64,000 bases of DNA from Candidatus Pacearchaeota archaeon (lineage in GTDB: Archaea > Nanobdellota > Nanobdellia > Pacearchaeales > GW2011-AR1). The stretch is from NCBI GenBank assembly GCA_041649045.1, contig JBAZNV010000002.1, positions 50,336 to 114,335 of the forward strand, given 5' to 3'. The notes under the pieces were generated by a model that did no database searches, had not been told where the DNA came from, and saw only the letters and a list, made by a program, of their open reading frames with translations. Within the stretch, counting starts at the first letter, position 1. Each line of letters starts with the position of its first letter. Shown piece after piece: positions 45,482 to 55,200 of this stretch. Position numbers and translations under genes: made by a program.

Positions 45482-46684
45482 CTACATTACCATTGGTTTT
45501 TCTAAATAAGCAACTTCGTCTGAATCTAATTTTAATTCGTTTCTTATACTGATGTTTTGCAAAATTTGTTTGAGCAAGAGCCAATCTTTCATCGCTGTTT
45601 TTATCGAAATGTGGCAAAGTTTCGCATATTTTTCGCAAATAGATTTCTTTTTTAACGAACGTTGATTTTGAAGCCAGATTTTTAAAATTCTCGATGGCTT
45701 TCGATAGTTTGTCCAACCTGCTCGATTATAAGGCTTGACACCTGCAATTGCGGGGCCAAGAAGAAAATACTCATATACCATAAATCTCCAATGCCTTTGC
45801 CTTTGAATCCTTCCACGAAAAACATCAGCCATTGATAAAGCGTCCAGTGCTCTGATAAGTTCTTTGCCTTTATATTCAAGCGGCAAATTTTCTTCGACCC
45901 ACAAAAAAATATCATCAAGAGGAAGATTAACATCATCAAAAACCTTCAACATTTCATCATCTATCTTTGAATTTTTAAAAATCATTTGTAATGCTGAAAA
46001 AATTGACTGTTCTTTATTTCTTTCGCCAACCTCTTTAATCAGTTCAGGAGATTCCATTTTTGAAAGCATTTGTAAATCATTCAAAGCCGCTCGAACATCA
46101 CTCCTTGATTTTATTGCAATTGAAGTTAAGACCTCTAAGGAAATTGCGCAAACTTCTTTTTCGCAAACTTCTTTTAGTATATTCAAAATTATTTTGTAAT
46201 CAACTTCTTTTAACTGAATCATTTCAGACTTTTGTCGAAGAAGGTTAAATTTTTGTTGCCAAATATCATTCGCCGTGATAATTAACGGAAAAGAAGATTT
46301 TTCAATGAGTGCGAGTAACTCTCCAAGCCCGCCACGATCTTTTACTGCCGAAACCCCATCAACTTCATCAACTAAAATAATTTTATTTTTTCTAAATAAA
46401 CTTCGTTGCTGGCTTGCCGGTCCCACAATTTCAGAAATTTTTTCTTTGTTTCGAAGATCAGACGCATTTAGTTCTAAAACTTCGGCGTCGAGTTCTGAAG
46501 CGATTGCATAGGCAAGACTTGTTTTGCCGATTCCGGGAGGTCCGTGCAAAATCGCTGCCTTTTTTTTTGGAAAATTTCCCAGGAAAATTTTTATTTTATC
46601 GATTGCGAGTTCCTGACCTTTTACGGCCGAAAGTGTTTTCACCCGATATTTTTCGCACCAAGGGATGTTGGATGGGAGAATCAT
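45482..46684 (-). CDS. rfcL: Replication factor C large subunit
   Basis: PWCEKYR, GPPGIGKT, ELNASDLR, LVDEVD, WVEEN. Confidence 0.93.
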   Translation of the reverse strand: MILPSNIPWCEKYRVKTLSAVKGQELAIDKIKIFLGNFPKKKAAILHGPPGIGKTSLAYAIASELDAEVLELNASDLRNKEKISEIVGPASQQRSLFRKNKIILVDEVDGVSAVKDRGGLGELLALIEKSSFPLIITANDIWQQKFNLLRQKSEMIQLKEVDYKIILNILKEVCEKEVCAISLEVLTSIAIKSRSDVRAALNDLQMLSKMESPELIKEVGERNKEQSIFSALQMIFKNSKIDDEMLKVFDDVNLPLDDIFLWVEENLPLEYKGKELIRALDALSMADVFRGRIQRQRHWRFMVYEYFLLGPAIAGVKPYNRAGWTNYRKPSRILKIWLQNQRSLKKKSICEKYAKLCHISIKTAMKDWLLLKQILQNISIRNELKLDSDEVAYLEKPMVM

Positions 46685-47253
46685 TTAATTGCCTCCAGCA
46701 TTTCTATAATGGTTTCAAGAGGCAATCCTTGTAAAATATTTAGATAACTTCCGTTAATACTTTTAATAAAAGTTGAGCTTAATCCTTTTAATGGATCAAA
46801 TCCTAAAGCGTAAGTTTTATATTTTGTGTCCGAATTTAAATATCTACGAATTTCTTCATCTATTAATTTTCTCATTTGTGCTGTTGTTTCAACTACATTT
46901 ATCATTTCTTTCCCAGAACTTTTATTTATCATGAATATTCCTGTATAAAAAGAAAAAGTATTTCCAGACATTCTTTTCAGTCTTTCAAATGCTTCTTCTT
47001 CAGATTTTGGTTTCTCAAGAATTTCTCCGTCGAAATAACCTATAGAGTCGAACCCGATTATTATTCCCTCATTATAATGTTTGGCCACATCATTAGCTTT
47101 TAATTTTGCTAATGTTTGTACTAATTCGGAAGGACTCGCAGGTCTTCCTTTGAATTTTTCATCAATTTCACTTGCTTGTGCCTGAAATTCAATTCCTGCA
47201 TCTCTAAACATTTGTTGTCTATATGGTGAAGATGTGGCCAGTATAATTTTCAT
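46681..47253 (-). CDS. maf: Maf family nucleoside triphosphate pyrophosphatase
   Basis: ILATSSPYR, LAKLKA, IIGFD, LEKP, NILQGLP. Confidence 0.9.
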   Translation of the reverse strand: MKIILATSSPYRQQMFRDAGIEFQAQASEIDEKFKGRPASPSELVQTLAKLKANDVAKHYNEGIIIGFDSIGYFDGEILEKPKSEEEAFERLKRMSGNTFSFYTGIFMINKSSGKEMINVVETTAQMRKLIDEEIRRYLNSDTKYKTYALGFDPLKGLSSTFIKSINGSYLNILQGLPLETIIEMLEAIK

Positions 47254-47660
47254 TTTATCATCTCCAAGTTTCCGTTTATTATTATAGGACCGAATGCTTT
47301 TAGTTCATCAGTGAAAGAACAATTTGGCAAAGGATTATATAAAAAAATTTTTCTTTTTAATCTCCAAGCGTTAAACATTTCTAAAAAAGTTGCGCCACCG
47401 ATATAATTTGGAATCCCTTTTTTTTCAAAGTTTAAAACAAAAATTGCATCATTTTGCAGGATTATTTTTTCGTCTTCTTTAAGCATATTTTCTTTCCATT
47501 TTTGAAATTCTTCCTTGCTCATTTTCTGCATTTCCGATTCTTTCTCAGGTTCGTTAAATCCGTTTGGAAGATGAATTTTGTGGCCTTTATCTTTAAGAAT
47601 AGCTACAATTGGTTTTACTTTATCATAATTATGCTTACTGCAAACGATAAATATTTTCAT
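47250..47660 (-). CDS. Nucleoside 2-deoxyribosyltransferase-like small protein
   Basis: KIFIVCS...DAIFVLN...NYIGGATFLEM...KIFLYN flavodoxin-like pattern. Confidence 0.55.
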   Translation of the reverse strand: MKIFIVCSKHNYDKVKPIVAILKDKGHKIHLPNGFNEPEKESEMQKMSKEEFQKWKENMLKEDEKIILQNDAIFVLNFEKKGIPNYIGGATFLEMFNAWRLKRKIFLYNPLPNCSFTDELKAFGPIIINGNLEMIK

Positions 47661-48081
47661 TTCTAAATGGGTCGTAACCTTGTTTAATTAAATTTGAATT
47701 TGAAGCATATAACCCAGAAGGGAGTTTCTCCCAATTAAACCATTTCCATTCAAGACATTTATCTGGTTCCATAATTCTTGGTTCTCCGCCTAAATAATTT
47801 GCTCTTATAAAAATCGTCACAAAATGGCCTTGATCTGGAATTACATTATTAGTAACAGGTAATCGGCTATCTTCTTTCAAGATATCTATTTCTAAACCCG
47901 TTTCCTCTCTAACTTCTCTTTCTCCACAATCATAAAAACTTTCTCCAAGTTCTAAACGTCCTCCTGGTGATGCCCATGTTCCTTTTCCTGGGTTTGAATT
48001 TCTTAGTCCAAGTAAAACCTCTTTATTATCTCTTATAATAATTACTCCAACGCCCACTATTGGTCTTTCCAATATTTTCAT
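47635..48081 (-). CDS. Nudix hydrolase (NUDT15-like)
   Basis: GGRLELGESFYDCGEREVREETGL; MEPDKCLEWKWF. Confidence 0.92.
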   Translation of the reverse strand: MKILERPIVGVGVIIIRDNKEVLLGLRNSNPGKGTWASPGGRLELGESFYDCGEREVREETGLEIDILKEDSRLPVTNNVIPDQGHFVTIFIRANYLGGEPRIMEPDKCLEWKWFNWEKLPSGLYASNSNLIKQGYDPFRNENIYRLQ

Positions 48082-48854
48082 TTTTCAATATAAAATTTAT
48101 TTAGTTTAAAATTGTCGAGGACTTTTTTGCTCGGAGGAAATAAATTTTTTGGCAGATTGTATAGAGAAAACCATTTCCATTCGGTAATTTCGTCGGGCTC
48201 CATTATTTTGGCTTTGTCGTCAAAAAAATCTTTTCCGAATTCGGCGAATAGTCCGATTGTTATGAAATGTGCGTCGGTTGCGGTGTCGTTATTTACACAA
48301 ATAACTTTTGAGTTTTTTAGTTCAATTCCGGTTTCTTCCATAACTTCTCTTTTTGCGCCGTCTTCAAAACTTTCCAGAAATTCCAATTTTCCTCCGGGCA
48401 TTGTCCAAGTCCCTTCGCCATGAAGTTCTGAGTCTGCTTTGTTTTTATCTTCATTTCTCTTCCCAAGAAGAATTTTCCAATCCTTAAACATCAAAACTCC
48501 AAAACCAACGCCCGGCCTCTTTTTTTCTTTTTTCTTTTCCAGCCCGTCAAAAGTAAAACCATTCAAATCTTTTATAAGATATTTTCCCTTGGTAAATTTT
48601 TGTCCATTTTCAATAAAATGTGTTACTTCCAAAATCTGAACACTTGCAGCTGGTTTGGATAATTTTTCTCCACCTTCAGTTTTTCTTAAAGGGATTTCCC
48701 CCATTAACCAATAATTTCTAAAATCTTTTTTTAAAAAACTGTGAACTTTTCCGATTTCAATTTTTTCCGGAAGACATTCTTCGGATTTTCTACTTGGCGT
48801 ATTAAATTCTCTAAGACATAAATCAGGATTAAACTCAACCTGAATTCCCATCAT
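48078..48854 (-). CDS. Unknown N-terminal domain fused to a Nudix hydrolase
   Basis: GIQVEFNPDLCLR domain, then GGKLEFLESFEDGAKREVMEETGI. Confidence 0.85.
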   Translation of the reverse strand: MMGIQVEFNPDLCLREFNTPSRKSEECLPEKIEIGKVHSFLKKDFRNYWLMGEIPLRKTEGGEKLSKPAASVQILEVTHFIENGQKFTKGKYLIKDLNGFTFDGLEKKKEKKRPGVGFGVLMFKDWKILLGKRNEDKNKADSELHGEGTWTMPGGKLEFLESFEDGAKREVMEETGIELKNSKVICVNNDTATDAHFITIGLFAEFGKDFFDDKAKIMEPDEITEWKWFSLYNLPKNLFPPSKKVLDNFKLNKFYIEK

Positions 48855-49825
48855 CCTCCCCCTTGTCCTGCCAAAATAAAACTTGCGAGAAGAGCCTCAA
48901 GCTGGATGAATTCATCGCTTCCTTCAATTAATCTGAATTCTGCCTCTCCGGTTTTCTCAGTAAGCCTGACTTTAAGCGCATTGTCTATTTGCAAATTCCA
49001 GATTTCTTTTTGAATCGCTTTTATAACATCCTGCCCGGAAATTGATTCTTTAAGCATTATATCTAAAAGTTTTTCTCGCGAGTTCGCAAAGTCCCCGGTT
49101 AACGCATAATCTAAAACAATTTTTATATCAGAAGGTTTTGCCTTTGACACAATTGTATTAACAAGATCAGGAGTAATATTTGGCGAAATTGAAGCGGTTG
49201 CTTGAAGTAAATTAATAACTCGCCTACAATCACCTTCGCTTGCTTCATAAAGTGCATCAAATGCCTCGGCAGTAATCGACAACCCTTCTCTTTCGGCAAT
49301 CAAGTCAATTCTTCTTTTAATATCTTTTTTTTCAAGAAGTTGAAATCTAAATACAACTGCTCTTGATTGAATTGGATCAAGAATTTTTGAAGAATAATTG
49401 CACGACATGATAAATCTGCACGTTGAAGTGTAGTTTTCCATCGTTCTTCTAAGTGCCTGCTGGGCTTCTCTTGTAAGCGCGTCCGCCTCATCAAGGAAAA
49501 TAACCTTGAAAGGTACATCTCCAAGTGCTTTAGTACGCGCGAAATCTTTTACTTTTTGCCTGACAACATCAATCCCTCTTTCATCTGAAGCGTTAAGTTC
49601 GAGATAATTTTCTCTCCAGCTTTCTCCAAAAAGTTGTTTAACGATGATTAACGCAAGGGTTGATTTTCCTGTTCCTGCAGGACCAGCGAAAAGCAAGTGA
49701 GGAATATTAAGCGAATTCACAAGTGAACGAACTCTTTTGATAATTTCTTCCTGACCGACCATATCTTCAAACTTTTTTGGTCTATATTTTTCCGTCCACA
49801 CCTCTGAACTATAATGATCCGTCAT
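48851..49825 (-). CDS. rfcS: Replication factor C small subunit
   Basis: WTEKYRP, GPAGTGKS, LDEADALT, PIQSR; likely start ATG 49825 with a TATA-like element ~22-29 nt upstream. Confidence 0.95.
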   Translation of the reverse strand: MTDHYSSEVWTEKYRPKKFEDMVGQEEIIKRVRSLVNSLNIPHLLFAGPAGTGKSTLALIIVKQLFGESWRENYLELNASDERGIDVVRQKVKDFARTKALGDVPFKVIFLDEADALTREAQQALRRTMENYTSTCRFIMSCNYSSKILDPIQSRAVVFRFQLLEKKDIKRRIDLIAEREGLSITAEAFDALYEASEGDCRRVINLLQATASISPNITPDLVNTIVSKAKPSDIKIVLDYALTGDFANSREKLLDIMLKESISGQDVIKAIQKEIWNLQIDNALKVRLTEKTGEAEFRLIEGSDEFIQLEALLASFILAGQGGG

Positions 49826-49880
49826 ATTATAAAAGAGCAATTTTGGTTTATAAGGATTATTGTGATAAAAATTGGGAATA

Positions 49881-50309
49881 TTATTTTGCAAGACGTAACG
49901 AGTTAAATCCGAAAGATCGAAGTTGAAGATTAAACTCTTCAGTTTCATTGCTAAGTTCTTTGCAGCACACATGAAGCCCAATTCCAGAAAGTGCCCCAAC
50001 AAATAAAGGTAATAATCCTGCAGATGCCTGATTATTGTTTGCCAAATATCCCCAGCTCGCCACCCCTCCAATCATTAATGCAGCAGGAGCCAAATCCAAA
50101 GCGATTCTCTTGACAGAATGAGAGACCTGTTTTTCTTCGATCGACGTCAAATATCTCGCATTACTGAAAACTGGAGTGATATGACGATCCAACAATTCTC
50201 CTTTGGGAGAAAACGTTTCAAGAGTGTAAACAGAATCTTCTTCCCCAAAAATCGTTTTTCTTCCATCTTCGTGACTCACATAATCTAAAACTTGAAAATT
50301 TGAACTCAT
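49881..50309 (-). CDS. Hypothetical two-TM membrane protein
   Basis: 142-aa ORF with two Gly-rich hydrophobic helices; TTTATAAA 23-30 nt upstream. Confidence 0.6.
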   Translation of the reverse strand: MSSNFQVLDYVSHEDGRKTIFGEEDSVYTLETFSPKGELLDRHITPVFSNARYLTSIEEKQVSHSVKRIALDLAPAALMIGGVASWGYLANNNQASAGLLPLFVGALSGIGLHVCCKELSNETEEFNLQLRSFGFNSLRLAK

Positions 50310-50348
50310 AAATATTTAAAGAAAATCAATTTTATAAATATTATTATG

Positions 50349-50513
50349 TTATCTGATCAAGTGTCTAATTATATATACTACAAATAAAACAAGGAAAATC
50401 ACGAAAAGCCATTTGGCAATTATAGCACTTACGCCTATAAGCACGGTAAATCCTAAAATCGCAACGATTACAGCTATTATCAAAAAAATCAAAGCCCATA
50501 ATAAAAAGCCCAT
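50349..50513 (-). CDS. DUF1328/UPF0391 (YtjA-like) small membrane protein (missed by ORF track)
   Basis: MGFLLWALIFLIIAVIVAILGFT...SAIIAKWLFVIFLVLFV, 54 aa. Confidence 0.8.
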   Translation of the reverse strand: MGFLLWALIFLIIAVIVAILGFTVLIGVSAIIAKWLFVIFLVLFVVYIIRHLIR

Positions 50514-50747
50514 AACAAAATATACCCAAATATTATTTTAAAGATGTGTTGTATTAGAGAAGACTATCTGGAAACTGATTCATTCACCTTTCCCTAAGTA
50601 GTTATCATATTTGTTATATCTTCGAGCATAAATCTTCATTTTATAAATAGAAATCATTTCTCGATCACCAGACCATAAAAAGCTTTGTCTTACACGATAT
50701 CTCGCAAAATTCATATAAATCTTCCATGAAATTAGATAAAAATATTA

Positions 50748-50858
50748 CTACTTGTTTCTCTTAAGCTTTCTCTTCCGTTTTTCTTTCTTGAGTCTTTTTC
50801 TTTGCCATTTCCATCTCATCTGGCCTTTCTTCTTCCATCTTCGACTGCTTCTTTTCAT
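50748..50858 (-). CDS. rpl41e: Ribosomal protein eL41 (L41e) (missed by ORF track)
   Basis: MKRSSRRWKKKGQMRWKWQRKRLKKEKRKRKLKRNK*, matching the Thermococcales-type WKKKGxMRWKW pattern; TTTATAAA at -29..-22. Confidence 0.85.
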   Translation of the reverse strand: MKRSSRRWKKKGQMRWKWQRKRLKKEKRKRKLKRNK

Positions 50859-50880
50859 ATTAATTTATTAAAAAATTGGT

Positions 50881-51513
50881 TTATAAAGTTTTAGATACGC
50901 TCCCGTTTCTTTTTCTGCTCGCATAAATTATGACTATAACTATCGCAATAATTACCATAACAACAGTGATTAACCTCAAGTTTTGACTTATTAATTCGGC
51001 ATTATTACCCAAGAAATATCCAAGAGAAATTAAAATTAACGACCAGATTCCGGCACCAAGACCAGTGTAAAAAATAAATTTCCAGATATTCATTTTGCCA
51101 AATCCCGCAGGAAGCGAAATAAATTGACGAACAACAGGGATTAATCTCCCGATAAAAGTTGTTATTTCGCCGTGTTTTTTGAAGTATTGTTCCGACTTAT
51201 CTATACTGTTTTCATTCACGAAAAAAAATTTGCCATAGCGTTTTGTTAAAGAAAATACCGCCTTTCTTCCGAGATGAAAAGCAAGACAATAATTAATTAG
51301 TGCTCCCACAATACTTCCTAAAATTGCAAGGACAAGAACTAAACCAAAAGACATTGAGCCTTTCGCTACCAAAACACCAGCAGGAATTAAAACTACTTCA
51401 CTCGGGAAAGGCACAAACGAACTTTCAATCGCCATTAAAATAAAAATTCCAAAATAACCAAGAGTCCCGACAGAACCAAGTAAATAGTTTGTCAGTGAAT
51501 CAAGTATTGTCAT
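50881..51513 (-). CDS. dedA: DedA family membrane protein
   Basis: [33 protein letters not shown]. Confidence 0.92.
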   Translation of the reverse strand: MTILDSLTNYLLGSVGTLGYFGIFILMAIESSFVPFPSEVVLIPAGVLVAKGSMSFGLVLVLAILGSIVGALINYCLAFHLGRKAVFSLTKRYGKFFFVNENSIDKSEQYFKKHGEITTFIGRLIPVVRQFISLPAGFGKMNIWKFIFYTGLGAGIWSLILISLGYFLGNNAELISQNLRLITVVMVIIAIVIVIIYASRKRNGSVSKTL

Positions 51514-51626
51514 AATAAGGAATAAACAAAGAGGTTTATAAAAGTTAATAAGTAAAGCCGTTTCGCCATCGCAAATTAAATTTTAGAATTCATTAAAATC
51601 ACTTTGTTAAATCTAAACTTGTCAAA

Positions 51627-52223
51627 TCATTTATTTTCGGGCACAACTGTCTCAAAACTTTCTAACAAACTATTGTAAACTCCATAAGAATTGCAAGCAT
51701 TAGCGGGGCAGGAATAACTTATTACATAGAGATTGTTATGCTGGATACCAAAAACCTGTTGGCCGCCTCTTTTTACTCCTTCAAAAGTTCCCGTAAACTT
51801 AATCTTCTTCCCAGAGAAATAATCGTTTTCCCAATCCACATCCTCTATTAATTCAAAATCAGGCATAATATTTTTTGAGTTTTCAACTCCTTGTTCTAAC
51901 AAATTCTCCAAAGTATACTGGCCGCTTTCTCCCAAAAATGTAACCGCGATAGAAATCACTTCAGCATTGACATCTTCACGTGCAACATTAGGAGGAAGAT
52001 AAAAATAAGTCGAGGGAGAGATTTCTGACTCCTGCCAATCTTTTTTCATTATTGCTCTGAAATCTTTATGAATAATAGTTGTTGATTCACCAACGTAATC
52101 ATTTGTCTCTTTGGAATTCATCACATCCCCTTGCCCAGAATCATTATCTTGATTAATAAAATAAAGTGCCCCAAGAATCAATACTGCGAACACAACCAAT
52201 CCAATTATTATACCACTCCTCAT
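51627..52223 (-). CDS. Membrane-anchored hypothetical protein (PsbP/DcrB-like)
   Basis: N-terminal TM helix; KDW...LYVISYS...LLESF pattern. Confidence 0.55.
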   Translation of the reverse strand: MRSGIIIGLVVFAVLILGALYFINQDNDSGQGDVMNSKETNDYVGESTTIIHKDFRAIMKKDWQESEISPSTYFYLPPNVAREDVNAEVISIAVTFLGESGQYTLENLLEQGVENSKNIMPDFELIEDVDWENDYFSGKKIKFTGTFEGVKRGGQQVFGIQHNNLYVISYSCPANACNSYGVYNSLLESFETVVPENK

Positions 52224-52269
52224 CTATTACGTAACAAAATATTATATAAAAATCTATCCCCATGGACTA

Positions 52270-55200
52270 TTAAATTTCAGGATTTCTTTTATTAGACTCT
52301 TCAATATCTTCCTCGATTTCCTCAATTTGTCCCGAAGTTAATTTTTCTCCTTGTTTATCATTCGAAATTTTTTCAAGCGTTATCTTTATCCCGTTTTTTA
52401 ATCTTTCTAAAATTTTTTCTTCAGTATTTTTTATAAGCCTCAAGCCTTTGACTGTAGGTTCCTTGATTTTTGTCAACAAATTCTCATTCTTCGTCACGCT
52501 TTTTTTGTATTTAGTTAAGACTTCATTTACAATTTTTTCAGGAGATTTTATATCCCTTATCTTTATTTTTTTCACGCTTTTTCTGTTGATTTCATTAAGG
52601 ACATCATCCGAATCAAGCAATCTTTCTTTTCTAAAAGCAACGCTTCTTAATCTAAATTTTTCAATTTTGTCAGCTATATTCACGAAAAATCCCCTCGGCG
52701 ATTCAATCTCTTCCAATTTTTCTTCAATCTCTTCCAATTTTTCTTCAATCTCCTCTTCTCTTTTTCGGGCCCTATGCCAATTCAATGTCACAAAAACTAA
52801 AAGTCCGCATATAAAAAAAGCAAATAAAATCCAGCCATACGATTCAAATCCAACTATACTAAAATTTTTTTCTGAACTTGCACTTTGGTTCTTCCCATAA
52901 TCAACAACTACCTGCAGAGAGTACTCTCCCGAAGGCAAATGCAAATCACGGATTTCTTTTGAATAAAAAATTTCCCCTTCTATGGCTTTCGTCTCCGATT
53001 CTTCATAAACATTTTTTTGATTTTTTGTGATTCTGTAAATTATTTTGACGTCTACAAGATCAGACTGATTAATTTCTTTCAAGTTAACATTAAATTTTAA
53101 AGGTGACCATCTATAAATTTTATTTTTGTCTAATTCAACCAGGGAATCAAAAAGTATATCGGGGCATTTCCTCAATTCTTCAGGTTTGTCATAAACAATT
53201 GAACAATTATTTAAATTTGTGCATTTTCTTTGTTGCGTGAAATCGTTGCTGCAAAAACTCCATGAATCACAAGTCCAGTTTGAGGTACAATTATTTTCGA
53301 CAGAAAGTACTTTTGAAGAACTTCCCCTTCTTCGTGACGTATCTTGAGTTGGCGTTTCTGGGGTAGACGCAGGAATTCCCAAAATTGCTGAATGGCGAAG
53401 GTTTTCTATTTTAATTACATCTCCCTCGTCGATGCAAACAATTCCATTCACTGAATAATTTTCACCCAAGCACGAAGTCATTAGAATTTCATTTTCTTCA
53501 TTGCAATCGTTGCTGATATTGCTTATAAATTCTATTTCGGAATCTTCAACACACAAAAATACAAAATCATTGTCGTTAATATACAATGTTTTGTTATAAT
53601 TTTCTTGCAATTGGTTTGAAAGATTTACGAGAATATAGTTGTCCGATTTGTTTATCGTAATCTCCTCTAAATCAAAAACAGAACGTGAAAAATTATGAGT
53701 AAAATTAACTATTAACTCTTCGGAATCATAAAACAATATTTCCACTGTGTCGTTAAAACTTGTTAAATTTGTTTCATTCCCAATAGCTATATTTAATTCA
53801 TCAATTCCCTCTTCTATCACACTCGCCTTGTTCCCATTTAATCTGTCTAAATTATTTCTTATCCCGTCATCGTCCGAATCCACAAACCCGATAAGGATTG
53901 TTTGGTTCGAGGTGGCAAAGGCAGACTTCCCATCTTCCGAATAAGATAGACAATTCCATGTATAGTTTCCTGCTGCAAGTTCCAGGGTCCAATTGGCAGA
54001 ATAATCTAATCCTGACGCAACGATTGTTTGATTGAGCCTGAAATTTTCATTTTCACCATCGCTCAAATAAAGACTGATATTCGATAGCCCCGAATTATAA
54101 TTTGCAGAGCAGTTAAAAAATATATTTGCAGTGTCGTCAGAATCTATCTCATAATTATTTCCAGGATGATTGAGTGCAACGTTCACCGACAAATATTGGC
54201 AGGACCCCTCGGATTTATATTCATAATAAGTGATGTTTTCTCCAAAATTCCAAAGATCACTATCCAATCCCGTTAAAGCATAGCAAAAATTATAATTAAA
54301 ATCATATTCAATCTTGTTTCTTGATTGATTCATTAAATTCGTTGGCAAACAAGACACATTCACCCATTCGCTCCATGAAGTGTTTGTTTGATTATATGAG
54401 CAATAGTTGCAGGAAATATTTTGATATTCATAGAGCGTTTGGTTTTCGATTTCATTGCAGGAATTAGCATCATACTCAATTCGGCTTCTATTTTGTAGTT
54501 GTAAGTCATTTATCATACAAGCACCATGATATCTCCATTCACTCCAAGAGATATTTACTATATTTGGGATACAAGAGTAATTCACTAAATAATATCTTGT
54601 TTCCGAAACATTATAATTTTCATTTGTTCCATTTCCCCAAGAATGCCATCTGTAAGAAAATGTTCCGTTCGAAAGAAAATCATAACTCACATTGTAAATA
54701 TTGGCAATTAAATGAGTTGCTGTTAGATTGATGTTATTAATTTCCAAAATAACGGTCCCGTTTGTGTTCTCTATTGTAACATTAAAAAGCCCTGTTCCCG
54801 AATTTATTAAAGATGCGTTGTTGTCCTGATAAATTGAAAATATAGGATAAGTTGTATCGGGCAGGGCAGAAGGGATATTTATTGTTCTTAGTTCAGTCGA
54901 ATTAATTTCTCCAAACAAATCAACGGCGTACCCTTTAAATGTATGCGTTTCTTGGCTAAGTTCGGTAAAATTATTGTAGTATTTATTTGCAGTTGCATTG
55001 TGTAGTGCTCTGATTTCTTGTGATGACAAGCTTCTGTTGAAAATCATGACTTCATCTATTGCGCCATCAAAATAAGAAGTTACATCTCTGTTATCTCTGC
55101 CTATTACTAAATCAGACGTCCCGTAAACGACATCTTGCAATGCAGTTTTAGTTCCATCAGCAACCCCATCAATATAAAACTCACCCAATACACCTCTCTT

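Noticed and set aside
49826..50071. N-terminal extension of rfcS given in the ORF track
   Set aside because: It overlaps another ORF on the same strand; homology and a TATA-like element point to ATG 49825.
50580..50714. 44-aa minus-strand ORF (MNFARYRVRQ...)
   Set aside because: No recognisable motif or SD; cannot be distinguished from a chance ORF.
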